64,000 nucleotides of DNA, taken from the NCBI GenBank assembly GCA_963677485.1, contig OY781964.1:3392001-3456000 (forward strand). Reading direction: 5' to 3'. Below, piece after piece: positions 47,898-57,901 of the stretch (position 1 is its first letter; each line of letters begins with the position of its first letter). The notes under the pieces are model-generated. The model saw nothing but the letters and a program-made list of their open reading frames with translations. It did no database searches and had not been told where the DNA came from. A program made the translations under genes and the position numbers. This stretch comes from Armatimonadota bacterium. GTDB taxonomy: Bacteria; Armatimonadota; HRBIN16.

Positions 47898-48661
47898 TCT
47901 ATCTCTTCCTCCCGCATCATCAGCTCAATTTCTCCAAATGTATCCCGTTGTTCTACCATCAGTCTGCCTTGCTTTAACAACTCCAGCATACTTAAAAATG
48001 TGATGACCACATCCCATCGGTTATACTTCTCGTCCAGCAGTTCCCGAAACCGAACCCGCTTGCCTTGCCCCGCACTTGAAACACGTCGCCAAACCTCTAC
48101 CATGCGGATGCGCAGCGAGATTCGCTTTTTCGGCACGATGGTGGTGGGTGGGGCCTCGTCCTCCATGGCGTCTGACAGCAGCTTATCCAACGCTCTGGCC
48201 AGCCAGTCGCTGGTCATTTCGCCTTCTTCTAAAGGCAGTTCGTAATCCGCACCAGCATTTTCTGGGTTGCGGAAGAACCACAGCAGCCGGTCCTGTTCCC
48301 AGGCTTTCAGTGTTTCCACTGCCGCCTTATATCTGCCATACTCCTCTAAGCGGGCGGCGAGTTCCGCGCGGGGGTCTTCGAGCTCCTCGTCTTCCTGCAG
48401 TTTTGGAGGTTTCGGCAGCAGAGTGCGTGACTTGATTTCGATGAGTGTGGTGGCCATCACCAGAAAGTCGCTGGCGATCTCCAGGTTCATCTCCTCCATC
48501 ATACGGAGGTATTGTAGATACTGGTCGGTAATCAACGCGATAGGGATATCAGTGATCTCTACCCTGTTTTGGCGTACCAGATGCAGCAACAGGTCCAAAG
48601 GCCCCTCAAACAGCGGTAACTTGAGGCTGATTTGCGAAGAGGCGTGGAGTATGTTGGTCAC
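47894..48661 (-). CDS. scpA: Segregation and condensation protein A (kleisin)
   Basis: FEGPLDLLLHL, ITDQYL, FLVMATTLIEIKSRTLLP, TFLSMLELLK. Confidence 0.95.
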   Translation of the reverse strand: MTNILHASSQISLKLPLFEGPLDLLLHLVRQNRVEITDIPIALITDQYLQYLRMMEEMNLEIASDFLVMATTLIEIKSRTLLPKPPKLQEDEELEDPRAELAARLEEYGRYKAAVETLKAWEQDRLLWFFRNPENAGADYELPLEEGEMTSDWLARALDKLLSDAMEDEAPPTTIVPKKRISLRIRMVEVWRRVSSAGQGKRVRFRELLDEKYNRWDVVITFLSMLELLKQGRLMVEQRDTFGEIELMMREEEID

Positions 48662-48888
48662 TGATCACTCGCCGATGTATAAAGTGTAAGCAAGTTATAT
48701 GGTAACACAGCGCATCGTTTGTGTCGTGACATTACTGTATGGTCAGGCGAAATGTGTTATTCACATGTGTAACAGTGGATGAAATACATTAAGATAGATC
48801 ACAAATTCACCCCAAATGGGGAACAATCCATAGCTCTGAAGAGGTAAACTACATACACACCACAGGATAAAAAAGCTGCCTGTGGACT

Positions 48889-50121
48889 ATGCGAAAGAGG
48901 TACACGGCAATGGGCACCTTTTTGGAGACCAATGACATCGAAGGGCTGCGCGCGGCCCTCAAGCTGGCGTGCCACTGGCTAGTAGACGTAGCTCAGGTAA
49001 AAACCGAAGAGCTTACGTTTGAGAAGAACAAAGCCAGTCACCCCACTTCCAACTGGAAGGGCGCGATCCGTGGGGAATACAGTGTAGCCAGAAAACAGTG
49101 GAGCTTCTTCTGCCCCACGTGGCACACCGGACAAGCTATCAAAGCACTTGTGATGGCTTCTCAGGTTCTCAAGGATCAGAGTCTGCTTGAGGCCGCGATT
49201 TTCAGTGCCGGTTTCATCGAAAACAACCGCATCTCCGACCCCGAACATCCCGATTACGGATTGATCCTTGCTTATGAGGATTTCCCGGATTTAGTCAATA
49301 CTTCAGCGATTCTTGAAGCACTTGACGGACTATTCGTTCTCTCTGCAGTGACTGGCGACACCAAATACCAGCAATGGGCATTGGACGCTCTGACCTGGGT
49401 TATCCGCAGGATGTATCTGCATGGCGAAGGCCTTTTCAGAGACTGGTATGATCCTAAAGATCAAATGGTGGTGGAGAATAATGCTCTCTCACACAGTTTT
49501 CCCGGCCGTCCGCTGATTGATGACGCTATCTTGCTGAAAGCATATGAGATTACAGGAGATGAAGACTTCAAACGGGTATTTTATGAGATTGCAGAACGTC
49601 TGCTTCGCGAAGAAGACCCACCCGGTAACTGGGTGGCGTTTGGCCCCAGTAATCCCATTAAGGGCAGCATACACCCAAGACAGAGCTACTGGTGGGGACG
49701 TCCCATGTTGGCCGCGTATAAGCAAAGTGGTGACCACAGATACCTTAGCTGCTTCGTAAGGGCAGGCGAGTGGTATGCGGGTGCACAGCGCAAAGACGGC
49801 GGGATTCTGCGGGGCACGTACACCAACTTGAAGACTGAGTCTTTCGGTCATGCTACCAGTGCCACCGCGTGTGCAGTGATGGTCTACCTTGATCTGTATA
49901 AACAGACGCATGACCATAAGTGGGTTTCGTTGATCATGCGGGGAATGCGCTATTGCATGAAGATGCAGATGGTAAAGCCTGTTGATCCAAATCTGAAGGG
50001 TTCCATAATCGAGAAAATTAACAAGCCTGATGGCACAGATGACAACCCGTATCACATCCGTGATATCGGATCGATATTCTTCATCCAGGCCGCTTCGGAG
50101 CTACTGTCCGAGCATATCTAG
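48889..50121 (+). CDS. Hypothetical (alpha/alpha)6-barrel protein, possibly a glycosidase or epimerase
   Basis: Repeated helical units (TGDTKYQQWA, TGDEDFKR, SGDHRYL, AQRKDGG) typical of six-hairpin folds. Confidence 0.55.
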   Translation: MRKRYTAMGTFLETNDIEGLRAALKLACHWLVDVAQVKTEELTFEKNKASHPTSNWKGAIRGEYSVARKQWSFFCPTWHTGQAIKALVMASQVLKDQSLLEAAIFSAGFIENNRISDPEHPDYGLILAYEDFPDLVNTSAILEALDGLFVLSAVTGDTKYQQWALDALTWVIRRMYLHGEGLFRDWYDPKDQMVVENNALSHSFPGRPLIDDAILLKAYEITGDEDFKRVFYEIAERLLREEDPPGNWVAFGPSNPIKGSIHPRQSYWWGRPMLAAYKQSGDHRYLSCFVRAGEWYAGAQRKDGGILRGTYTNLKTESFGHATSATACAVMVYLDLYKQTHDHKWVSLIMRGMRYCMKMQMVKPVDPNLKGSIIEKINKPDGTDDNPYHIRDIGSIFFIQAASELLSEHI

Positions 50122-50137
50122 CTAACAGCCAGCCAAC

Positions 50138-50170
50138 GCCGTCCCTCATCAGCCGTGTTTGAGGGACGGT
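50138..50170. terminator. Hairpin between convergent genes
   Basis: gccgtccctca / tgagggacggt, an 11-bp stem. Confidence 0.6.
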
Positions 50171-50173
50171 GCT

Positions 50174-51538
50174 CTATTTGCCCACACAAAAGCGGCTGAA
50201 TATCTGCTCAATCACATCTTCTGTGGTGGTCTCACCGGTAATCTGTCCCAGATTATCTAACGCGTAACGTAACCCCACGGCTGCCATATCCAGCTCTTCT
50301 CCGTGCGCCAGCGTATCGATGGTGCTTTGTAGCCCCACGGTGGCCTGTATAGCGGCCTCAGCGTGACGGTTGTTGGTCAATAAAGGCAGCTCACCGGCGG
50401 TATATTGCTTAACATGGGCCGCGATCGCCTCTCGTAGATCCTTCATACCGGTGCCACACTTCGCGCTGAGCACAATTTGGGGCTGTGTCTGCCATACAGA
50501 TGGCAGTGGCGAAGGTTGATCGGTCAGATCGCCCATGCTTCTGACCAGTATCAGCGGTCTGGGCAGGCGGGTTTCTATGAGGCTGTGCTGCTGTTGTTCC
50601 ACTGGCAGGTGAGCGGGGAGCAGATAAAGGCACAGCTCGCACTGCTGCACTGCTTCGCGGCTGATCTCCACACCCATCTGCTCGATGCTGTCCTGAGAGC
50701 TGCGCAGTCCAGCGGTATCCTGCAGCCGAACCACCACGCCGTCGATCTCCATGCTTTCTGAGACCATGTCACGGGTGGTACCTGCGATGTCGCTGACGAT
50801 GGCGCGTTTGTGCCCCAGCAGGGCGTTCAGAAGGCTGGATTTGCCGGAGTTGGGCAGACCAGCGATGGTGAGCACTACCCCGTCTTTCACGGCGCGAAAG
50901 CGGTCCGCCTGCTCCGCGAGCGAATGCAGGTGGGTGCAGATGGCCCGCAGCTCTTGTATGGCCGGAATGGGGTCGAACTCATCCATCTCATCAGGAAAGT
51001 CGATGTGGGCCTCTATCAGCGCGATAAGGGCGGTGATCTGATGTTGATATCCGCGCAGGCATTCTGACAAGTCTCCGTGGTGCTGCCTGGCGGCCGCCTC
51101 CGCAGCGAGCTGGCTGCGCGAGGCGATTAGGTCGGCCACCGCCTCCGCCTGGCTCAGGTCCATGCGGCCATTCAAGAACGCCCGCTGGGTAAACTCGCCG
51201 GGCTCTGCTTGGCGCGCACCGTGCTGAAGGCCTGCCTGTATGGCTGACTGCAAGATGCCCTGACCACCGTGCAGATGCAGTTCCGCGGTCTGCTCTCCGG
51301 TATAGCTGTGGGGTTGTTTGAATAGTAGAAGCAGGCATCGGTCAATGCGGTATGGGAAGCCTTCGGGCCACAGCCAGCTGGGATACACCTTGTTGGCCAC
51401 AGGATGCTTAGGGAAGGGCTTCACGAGCTGCCGTGCGATATTCCACGCGGATGGGCCTGAGACGCGAATAACACCAATACCGCCAGTGCCCTGAGGTGTG
51501 GCGATAGCGATGATAGTATCCGGTTGGGTATTGGTCAT
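50174..51538 (-). CDS. mnmE: tRNA modification GTPase
   Basis: DTIIAIATP, SYTGE, PGEFTQRAFLNG, GLPNSGKSS, GTTRD, DTAG, C-terminal FCVGK. Confidence 0.97.
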   Translation of the reverse strand: MTNTQPDTIIAIATPQGTGGIGVIRVSGPSAWNIARQLVKPFPKHPVANKVYPSWLWPEGFPYRIDRCLLLLFKQPHSYTGEQTAELHLHGGQGILQSAIQAGLQHGARQAEPGEFTQRAFLNGRMDLSQAEAVADLIASRSQLAAEAAARQHHGDLSECLRGYQHQITALIALIEAHIDFPDEMDEFDPIPAIQELRAICTHLHSLAEQADRFRAVKDGVVLTIAGLPNSGKSSLLNALLGHKRAIVSDIAGTTRDMVSESMEIDGVVVRLQDTAGLRSSQDSIEQMGVEISREAVQQCELCLYLLPAHLPVEQQQHSLIETRLPRPLILVRSMGDLTDQPSPLPSVWQTQPQIVLSAKCGTGMKDLREAIAAHVKQYTAGELPLLTNNRHAEAAIQATVGLQSTIDTLAHGEELDMAAVGLRYALDNLGQITGETTTEDVIEQIFSRFCVGK

Positions 51539-51569
51539 TTTGTCTGTATGGGGAGGCAGAAAATAGAAA

Positions 51570-51659
51570 TGGCGGAGCGGGTGGGATTCGAACCCACGTT
51601 ACCCTTACGAGTAAACACGCCTTCCAAGCGTGCGCCATCGACCACTCGGCCACCACTCC
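51570..51659 (-). tRNA. tRNA-Ser(GGA)
   Basis: GGAGTGGTGGCCGAGTGG...CACGC-TTGGAAG-GCGTG, a long variable arm, GGTTCGAATCC and an encoded CCA. Confidence 0.96.
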
Positions 51660-51738
51660 GCGCGAGGTTCATTGTACACCAGCACAGGGGATGCTGTCAA
51701 ATCGATCGACGGTGGTCATCTCATATCGCTGTGTCATC

Positions 51739-51771
51739 GCTATCGGTGCGGCGTTCCACCGCACCGATAGC
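51739..51771. terminator. Perfect 13-bp hairpin after the IPT gene
   Basis: gctatcggtgcgg / ccgcaccgatagc. Confidence 0.6.
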
Positions 51772-51792
51772 TCGATGTCATGACCGCCGTGG

Positions 51793-53505
51793 CTAGTCGC
51801 CTTTGGCTCCAAAGTTGGTGTCAAGCACCACGTAGTCAAACAGGTTCACATTGCCATCGCCATCCAGGTCCGACATGGAATCTGTTTGCCCCCAATGAAT
51901 GTCTAGCTGTACATAGTCGAACAGGTCTACGCCGTTGTTACCATCGGCATCACCATTCGTCAGGGTGGTGTTCACAGCGTTTGTGCCGTTCACATCAATC
52001 TGGCTGATTTTCCTGGTCAGCCAGTGGCTGCCATTAATCGTCAGGCTGTAAGTGCCAGGAGTGATCCCATCGATGGTCGCTTTCCCGTTCGAGTCGCAGA
52101 CTAAGTTCCCGGTGTAGTGTGCTGCACCATCAAGAACGTATTTTACGGCGATACCGCTGTAGGCTCCCTTGTAGTCAGAACCTGGGTCGATGTTGACATC
52201 AAGGGATGTCGTTGTGATCTCTACCGTGAAGTCGTTGCTGCTGGTAAATGTCCCTGTATCTGTGGTGACTGTCAGCGGGCCGGTGACGGCACCCGCCGGA
52301 ACCTTCACACTTAATGATGTTGGGCAGAGCACTGTGACGTCAGATGCCCACATGCCGGTGAAGTCTACCCATGTGTTGTCAGTCACGAAGTTGGTGCCAG
52401 AGATTGTGATAGTGTCTCCGGCTTTACCGTTTGATGGGTTGATCGATGTGATGGTTGGGCATGAAGTGACAAAGTCGGTGGTGGTGACTGCCGTGTAGAA
52501 ATCTGTCCAGACCGTGATTTTTCCTGTAGTGGCATTCTCAGGAACCCAGGTCGTGATGGTGTTGCTGTCATCAACGTTATAGGCTGCAAACGTGCCGTTG
52601 AAGTCCACACCCCAGACTGTATCAAAGTCGGTCCCTTTGATGGTCACTTCCTGGCCGACATCACCACTGATGGGTGTGAAGGAAGTGATGGTCAGGTTTA
52701 GTTCAGGGATCACGATAAACTGGCCATAACTGAAGCAGTATCCGTATGGGGTCACGATGATGATATTACCCGTAACCGCGTTAGCAGGCACTTTCGCTGT
52801 GATCAAGGTGGCGCTTCTCACAACGAACTCCGCGGGCTCTGCTCCAAACTGGACTACAGTGGCTCCTGTGAAGTTCGTGCCGGTGATTGACACCACTTGG
52901 CCAGGTTTACCCTCAACCGGAAGATAGCTCACAACGGTGGGGGAATCCGTAGCGAAGTCTGTATCACTTTTCGCAGTGCCATATGGTGTTACTACTGTGA
53001 TTTTGCCATTGTAGGTATTTTCCGGAACTGTGGCGGTGATCGATGTGTCGCTGTTGACTGTGAAGACCGCTGTACCGCCATTGAACCTTACCTCAGTGGC
53101 CCCAGTGAAGTGCCTTCCACTGATGGTCACCTGTAGTCCGGTGTTACCTCGTGAGGGGCTAAACCCAGTTATTACAGGTGGGTTGATGGTGAATTGAGCC
53201 CATGTTTGGCTGGTGCCATATGGGTTAGTGACAGCAATGACACCTCTGGATGTATTATCAGGTACCGTGGCGGTGATGGTGGTGTCGCTGACGACTGTAA
53301 AATTCGCAGCATAGCCACAGAATGTCACTTTGGTGGCACCAGTAAAATCTGTGCCTGTGATGGTGACTATGCTACCAGCCTCGCCTGACTGTGGAGTGAA
53401 TGAGGTGATGGCGGGCAAGCCGGCGGCACAGACGGGTAGGGTAACCATCATATATGCCAGTACCATCAACCATACTGCAGATGCTAGAACTCGTAATCGT
53501 GCCAT
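51793..53505 (-). CDS. Secreted protein with four IPT/TIG repeats and a C-terminal dockerin-like domain
   Basis: Signal peptide; repeats of P.IT.F.P..G..G..VTI.GT.F...IT..VP..A.TG.I.V.T; GDADGNNGVDLFDY and DLDGDGNVNLFDY. AAGGAG RBS before ATG 53505. Confidence 0.88.
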   Translation of the reverse strand: MARLRVLASAVWLMVLAYMMVTLPVCAAGLPAITSFTPQSGEAGSIVTITGTDFTGATKVTFCGYAANFTVVSDTTITATVPDNTSRGVIAVTNPYGTSQTWAQFTINPPVITGFSPSRGNTGLQVTISGRHFTGATEVRFNGGTAVFTVNSDTSITATVPENTYNGKITVVTPYGTAKSDTDFATDSPTVVSYLPVEGKPGQVVSITGTNFTGATVVQFGAEPAEFVVRSATLITAKVPANAVTGNIIIVTPYGYCFSYGQFIVIPELNLTITSFTPISGDVGQEVTIKGTDFDTVWGVDFNGTFAAYNVDDSNTITTWVPENATTGKITVWTDFYTAVTTTDFVTSCPTITSINPSNGKAGDTITISGTNFVTDNTWVDFTGMWASDVTVLCPTSLSVKVPAGAVTGPLTVTTDTGTFTSSNDFTVEITTTSLDVNIDPGSDYKGAYSGIAVKYVLDGAAHYTGNLVCDSNGKATIDGITPGTYSLTINGSHWLTRKISQIDVNGTNAVNTTLTNGDADGNNGVDLFDYVQLDIHWGQTDSMSDLDGDGNVNLFDYVVLDTNFGAKGD

Positions 53506-53594
53506 ACTGTGAACTCCTTTATCGGGTGCCATGAACGATGTTGCCGAGTGACGCCTTAGTCAAACCGTGCGAGCCGTTCCACATCGTTACAAAT

Positions 53595-53623
53595 ATTATG
53601 CGCGTTCATCACAAAGATGTCAA
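53595..53623 (-). promoter_or_regulatory. Near-consensus sigma70 promoter for the IPT gene
   Basis: Minus strand TTGACA-N17-CATAAT. Confidence 0.7.
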
Positions 53624-53921
53624 TGGGTTCCATTGGCCGTTAAGGGTGGTGTTGGTAACCTCAGTGTTGTATTGTGTGGACGATTAGCATTCAGTTCACT
53701 TGTTACTCACAGGGGCATATACATACGGATCTGTTGGTGCCTTACGGTGAAGGCAGTTTATTACCCACATCTCCAGGCTGATTTGTGAGTAGCGGTATAA
53801 CCACAGAAAGTCATGTGCTACGCATAGTCCGACTACCCACGTAGTGGGTGTCTGGATTATAACCATCTTATGCTACCAGTTTGTGGGTAATAGACTGTGG
53901 TGAAGGGGTGGAGAGTTGGGG

Positions 53922-56900
53922 TTACGAGCTTAGCTGTTCATGCACGAGCGGTGCTTTATAACTGATGATGGTGCTGACACCAGGCTCTTGCATGGTGACA
54001 CCATACCAGCTATCTGCGCGTTCCATCGTGCTGGCGTTGTGCGTGATCACAATCACCTGACTTCGCAGCGAGAAGCTCTTGAGCAGATCGGCGAACCGCT
54101 CCACGTTGGCACCGTCCATCGCGGCGTCGACCTCATCCAGTGTGCAGAAGGGGCTGGGCTTCACCGTCATGAATGCGAACAGCAGGGCGGAGGCCGTTAG
54201 GCTGCGCTCCCCACCAGACAGCAGGTTCAGGTTCTGACGCCGTTTACCTGGCGGTTCCACATAGATATCGACACCGGTCTCCAGCGGATTGTCAGGCATG
54301 GTGAGCGTGAGCTGCGCTTCACCGCCACCGAACAACTCGGTGAATATTTTGCTGAAGGCTTCCTGCACCTGCAGGAAGGTGTTGGTAAAGAGGTCACGAG
54401 TGCTGTGGTCAATCTCTTGGATGGCTTGAAGCACATTGGCTCTCGCCAGATTCAAGTCCTCATGCTGTTTCGTCAGGAAATCAAACCGCTCCGAGATGCG
54501 GTTATATTCTTCCACCGCGCCTACATTTACGTTGCCCATGCTTCGCAGATCACGGCGCAGCCTGTTGATCTCAGATTGGACTTCTTTGGGCGGTGCTTCG
54601 AATTCCGCAGGTGGCCCCTGGTTGGCGTCGATGTCGTAGTCCTCCCACAGGCGGGTGACCAACTGGCTGTGCTGCACCTCCAACCGAGCGAGCTGTAGTT
54701 GCAGTTGGTGCTGCTGGTCGCTGTTAGCCTGCTGTTTGCGCACTAGTTCGCGCACACTGGCATTGTTGGCTTGACTCTTCTCGCTGCGTTCCGCTCGGGC
54801 GACGCGCTTCTGGCTGAGGTTAACGTCAACCTGGTCGCGCTGACCTTTCAGGTCGGCCAGTTTGATGCTGAGCTCAATCAGGCTCTTCTCGTCCGCTTCG
54901 CTGCCCTGAGAGAGCTTGCTTAGGCGCTCCTGGCGCAGTTGGAGCTGTGCACTGGCATCGGCGATGGCCTTGATGAGCGCCTGGTCTTCGCGTGCGAGTG
55001 AACGCTGCTGCTCCTGGATTCGCCCCAGCTCCACTTCGGCTTGCTGGCTGAGCTGCGCAGCTCCCTCGCGAGCGGCCTGCAGCTCCGCGGTGGGGTTGGC
55101 GGCGGATGGATTGGTGTCATCCAAATGCTCTAGCTGCTGTTTGATCAGCTCCACTTGTGGTGACAACTCAGCGAGCTGCTGTGTGATGGAGGCGATACGC
55201 ACCTCACCGGACTGCTTGTCACGGCGCACGGTCTCCAAACGCTGGGTTGCAGACTGGTGCTCGCGCTCTTGTTTCATCAGCTCAGACTGCATCTGGCTGA
55301 GGCCTTTGCGCGCTGTCTTGAGCTCGGTGTCGTGCTGGTTGAGCCACTCGTTAGCGTTGGTGGTGGACTGCTTGTGTTTCGCCTCTTGGTCACGGCCGGT
55401 GGCCAGTAACTGCTCTGTGCGGGCTTTTTCCGCTTTCCGGGAGACGATGCCTGTGGCCTTACCCGGCATCTTGCCGCCGGTGACGGCACCGCCAGGAGTG
55501 AACAGCTCCCCTTCTGGAGTGACGATACGTGCCCAGCCGTTGTATTTCCGGCTGATCTTCACTGCAGAATCATAATCTGCCGCGACCACCACACGACCCA
55601 GCAGGTGAGCTGCGACATCCTCAAACCCGGGTTCTATTCGCACCAGATCGTTGGCGTAACCGATGGCCAACCCCTCATCGATCGCCTTATCAAGCTCCTT
55701 GGGCGGTATGTTGGGCTGAATGCTGTCCATGGGCAGGAAGGTGGCGCGTCCGCGGGAGGCCTGTTTCAGCCAGTTGATGGCCATGCGCGCCTCTTGCTGG
55801 GTGGGGCAGACAATGTCCTGCGCGCTGGCACCTAAAGCGACCTCAATGGCGGTGACGAACTCTTCGAACGGACGCATGATATCCACGACCAGTTGGTAGT
55901 TGCCATCAATCTCGAGCTTCTTGATGCCATCTAGAACGGCTTTGACCCCGCCGAATAGGCCCTCCTGAGCGGCTTCGCTTTCGACCAAAGCTTGCAGGCG
56001 GGCGGCCAGTGCGGCGTTCTGCCGGGCCGACTGCTGCCAGGCCTCCTGGCTCTTGCTGATGGCCGCGCGGTCCTTTTGAATCTGATCTTCGAGCGCTTTT
56101 ATATCGGCTTCAAACTGTGTCAGGCTGTCTTGCGTGGTCTGCCGGACCGTGTCAGACTGGGACACTGCCTGCAGCATCTGCTCCTCACGCGTGGAGAGCT
56201 CTTCCTGAGCCTTCACGATGCGCTGTTGACCCTGGCGGTGCTCTGCCTCACGCTGTTGCAGGTTGCTGAGCTGGGTGCGGAGTTTACTGACCTCTTGCGC
56301 ACGGCTCAACTCTGCGAGTTGAGCCTCCTGCAGTACCCGCTGGGCGGTGTTAAGGGCCTGTTTGGCTGCGGCACAAGCCTGCACAGCGGTCTGATGCTGT
56401 GTCTGTAACTCCTGGGCCTGTTGGCGCAAGACTGCGAGCTGGGCCGTGTTGGCACTCTGTCTGGCTTGCAGCTCCGTGATCTCAGCTTGAAGTGTCTCGG
56501 AGTTGGTCTGCGCGTTGTGGATGCGTTCCTCAGATAGCCGCCGGGTGCCGTCGCCGCGTTCGATCTCGGTGATCAACCGCTGTTGTTCGACCCGGAGAGT
56601 GTCGATCTGGGTGTCCAGGTGGGCGATCTCCGCCGCCAGCCGCCTGGAGTCCGCTTCACAATGGGTCATCTGCTCATTGAGCTGCAAGACCGACTTGTGC
56701 AGAAGCTGACCTTGCGTTTCCGCCTCTTGACGGCTCTGTTCGGCTTGAATCCACTGGGCCCACAGGCTGTCCACTTCGATCTGCTTTAGCCGGTCAGAGA
56801 GGGTGAGGTAGCGTGAGGCGATCTCGGCCTGGATGCGCATGGGTTCACGCTGCACATCGAGCTCGCCCAAGATGTCGATGACTCGGTTGAGGTTGGCCTC

Positions 56901-57452
56901 GGTGTTTTCCAGACGTCGGAGTGCTTCGCGCTTTCGGTTGCGGTATTTCTGAATACCCGCCGCCTCTTCAAACAACATGCGCCGCTCTTCTGGCTTGGCT
57001 GAGAGCACGGCATCAACCTCGCTCTGGGTGAGGATGGCGTAGCTGCTGCGCCCCACACCGGTATCCATGAACAGCTCCTGGATATCCTTCAGACGACAGG
57101 GGCTTTTGTTGATCAAAAACTCGCTTTCGCCGGATCGGTAGACGCGGCGGGTGATGGTGACCTCAGCGAAGTCGGTGGGAAGAATGCGGGCGGTGTTGTC
57201 GATGGTGAGGCTGACTTCCGCCATGCCAAGCGGCTTGCGCTTGGTGCTTCCGGCGAAGATCACCTCTGAGCTGCTGTCAGCCCGAAGGGTGCGTGCGTTC
57301 GATTCGCCCAGAACCCAGATCATCGCATCGCCGATGTTACTCTTGCCAGAGCCGTTGGGACCCACAACCGCCGTCACACCATCGGCGAAGTCGATGGTGG
57401 TCTTATCGGCGAAACTCTTAAATCCCAGAATCTGGAGGCGTTTGAGGAACAT
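53922..57452 (-). CDS. smc: Chromosome segregation protein SMC
   Basis: MFLKRLQILGFKSF start (57452), GPNGSGKSN, coiled coils, hinge GRATFLP...GGAVTGG, LSGGE, LDEVDAAMD. Confidence 0.97.
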   Translation of the reverse strand: MFLKRLQILGFKSFADKTTIDFADGVTAVVGPNGSGKSNIGDAMIWVLGESNARTLRADSSSEVIFAGSTKRKPLGMAEVSLTIDNTARILPTDFAEVTITRRVYRSGESEFLINKSPCRLKDIQELFMDTGVGRSSYAILTQSEVDAVLSAKPEERRMLFEEAAGIQKYRNRKREALRRLENTEANLNRVIDILGELDVQREPMRIQAEIASRYLTLSDRLKQIEVDSLWAQWIQAEQSRQEAETQGQLLHKSVLQLNEQMTHCEADSRRLAAEIAHLDTQIDTLRVEQQRLITEIERGDGTRRLSEERIHNAQTNSETLQAEITELQARQSANTAQLAVLRQQAQELQTQHQTAVQACAAAKQALNTAQRVLQEAQLAELSRAQEVSKLRTQLSNLQQREAEHRQGQQRIVKAQEELSTREEQMLQAVSQSDTVRQTTQDSLTQFEADIKALEDQIQKDRAAISKSQEAWQQSARQNAALAARLQALVESEAAQEGLFGGVKAVLDGIKKLEIDGNYQLVVDIMRPFEEFVTAIEVALGASAQDIVCPTQQEARMAINWLKQASRGRATFLPMDSIQPNIPPKELDKAIDEGLAIGYANDLVRIEPGFEDVAAHLLGRVVVAADYDSAVKISRKYNGWARIVTPEGELFTPGGAVTGGKMPGKATGIVSRKAEKARTEQLLATGRDQEAKHKQSTTNANEWLNQHDTELKTARKGLSQMQSELMKQEREHQSATQRLETVRRDKQSGEVRIASITQQLAELSPQVELIKQQLEHLDDTNPSAANPTAELQAAREGAAQLSQQAEVELGRIQEQQRSLAREDQALIKAIADASAQLQLRQERLSKLSQGSEADEKSLIELSIKLADLKGQRDQVDVNLSQKRVARAERSEKSQANNASVRELVRKQQANSDQQHQLQLQLARLEVQHSQLVTRLWEDYDIDANQGPPAEFEAPPKEVQSEINRLRRDLRSMGNVNVGAVEEYNRISERFDFLTKQHEDLNLARANVLQAIQEIDHSTRDLFTNTFLQVQEAFSKIFTELFGGGEAQLTLTMPDNPLETGVDIYVEPPGKRRQNLNLLSGGERSLTASALLFAFMTVKPSPFCTLDEVDAAMDGANVERFADLLKSFSLRSQVIVITHNASTMERADSWYGVTMQEPGVSTIISYKAPLVHEQLSS

Positions 57453-57551
57453 AGCTGTTTGGTAGTAGCCCTTATGTGTGAAATAACCGTGTGCCGTAGT
57501 TATTATGCCAAACCGCGGCCAGTTCCGCGAAGGGACGGGATTTTGAGTCCG

Positions 57552-57679
57552 TCCACAGATGACGCTGACTAGCGCAAATGACCGGTGTGGATACATCACA
57601 CGCGAAGACGCGAAGGCGCGAAGAGTGATGACCGCGAAAGTTTGTCGGTATACTCCCTGTCGACGTGTGATGTATATCC
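57552..57679 (+). repeat. Periodic mini-repeats upstream of smc (copy B of the CGCGAAG element) within a hairpin
   Basis: tccacagatgacgctgactagcgcaaat (9-nt period), then cacgcgaagacgcgaaggcgcgaagagtgatgacc; IR tacatcacacg (57592-57602) / cgtgtgatgta (57664-57674). Confidence 0.6.
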
Positions 57680-57901
57680 AATGAGACATAGCGGCTTGCA
57701 CAATATCTACACGCCATTCGTCCGCAGGTTTTGCCCCGTATATAACCGAAAACAACCATTGATATGAGCTAAAATCGCTTGACATCAAAGTGGAGATAGC
57801 AGTATGCTTGTATCAGTGCGATGAAAAAGGATACAGTGAAGTAAACAACGACAGCGACGGACATATTACGCATGATGGCCACCTCTTGCATGGACTACTA
57901 A

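Noticed and set aside
51570-51800. Integrative element at tRNA-Ser
   Set aside because: No integrase and no duplicated tRNA 3' end were seen; mnmE follows directly.
53754-53897. Replication origin (DnaA boxes) or parS near smc
   Set aside because: Only two one-mismatch boxes, no AT-rich unwinding element, no dnaA, and no clear TGTTTCACGTGAAACA match.
57453-57788. 112-aa N-terminal extension of SMC in the ORF track
   Set aside because: The canonical MFLKRL..GFKSF start is at 57452, and the extension runs through non-coding repeat elements.
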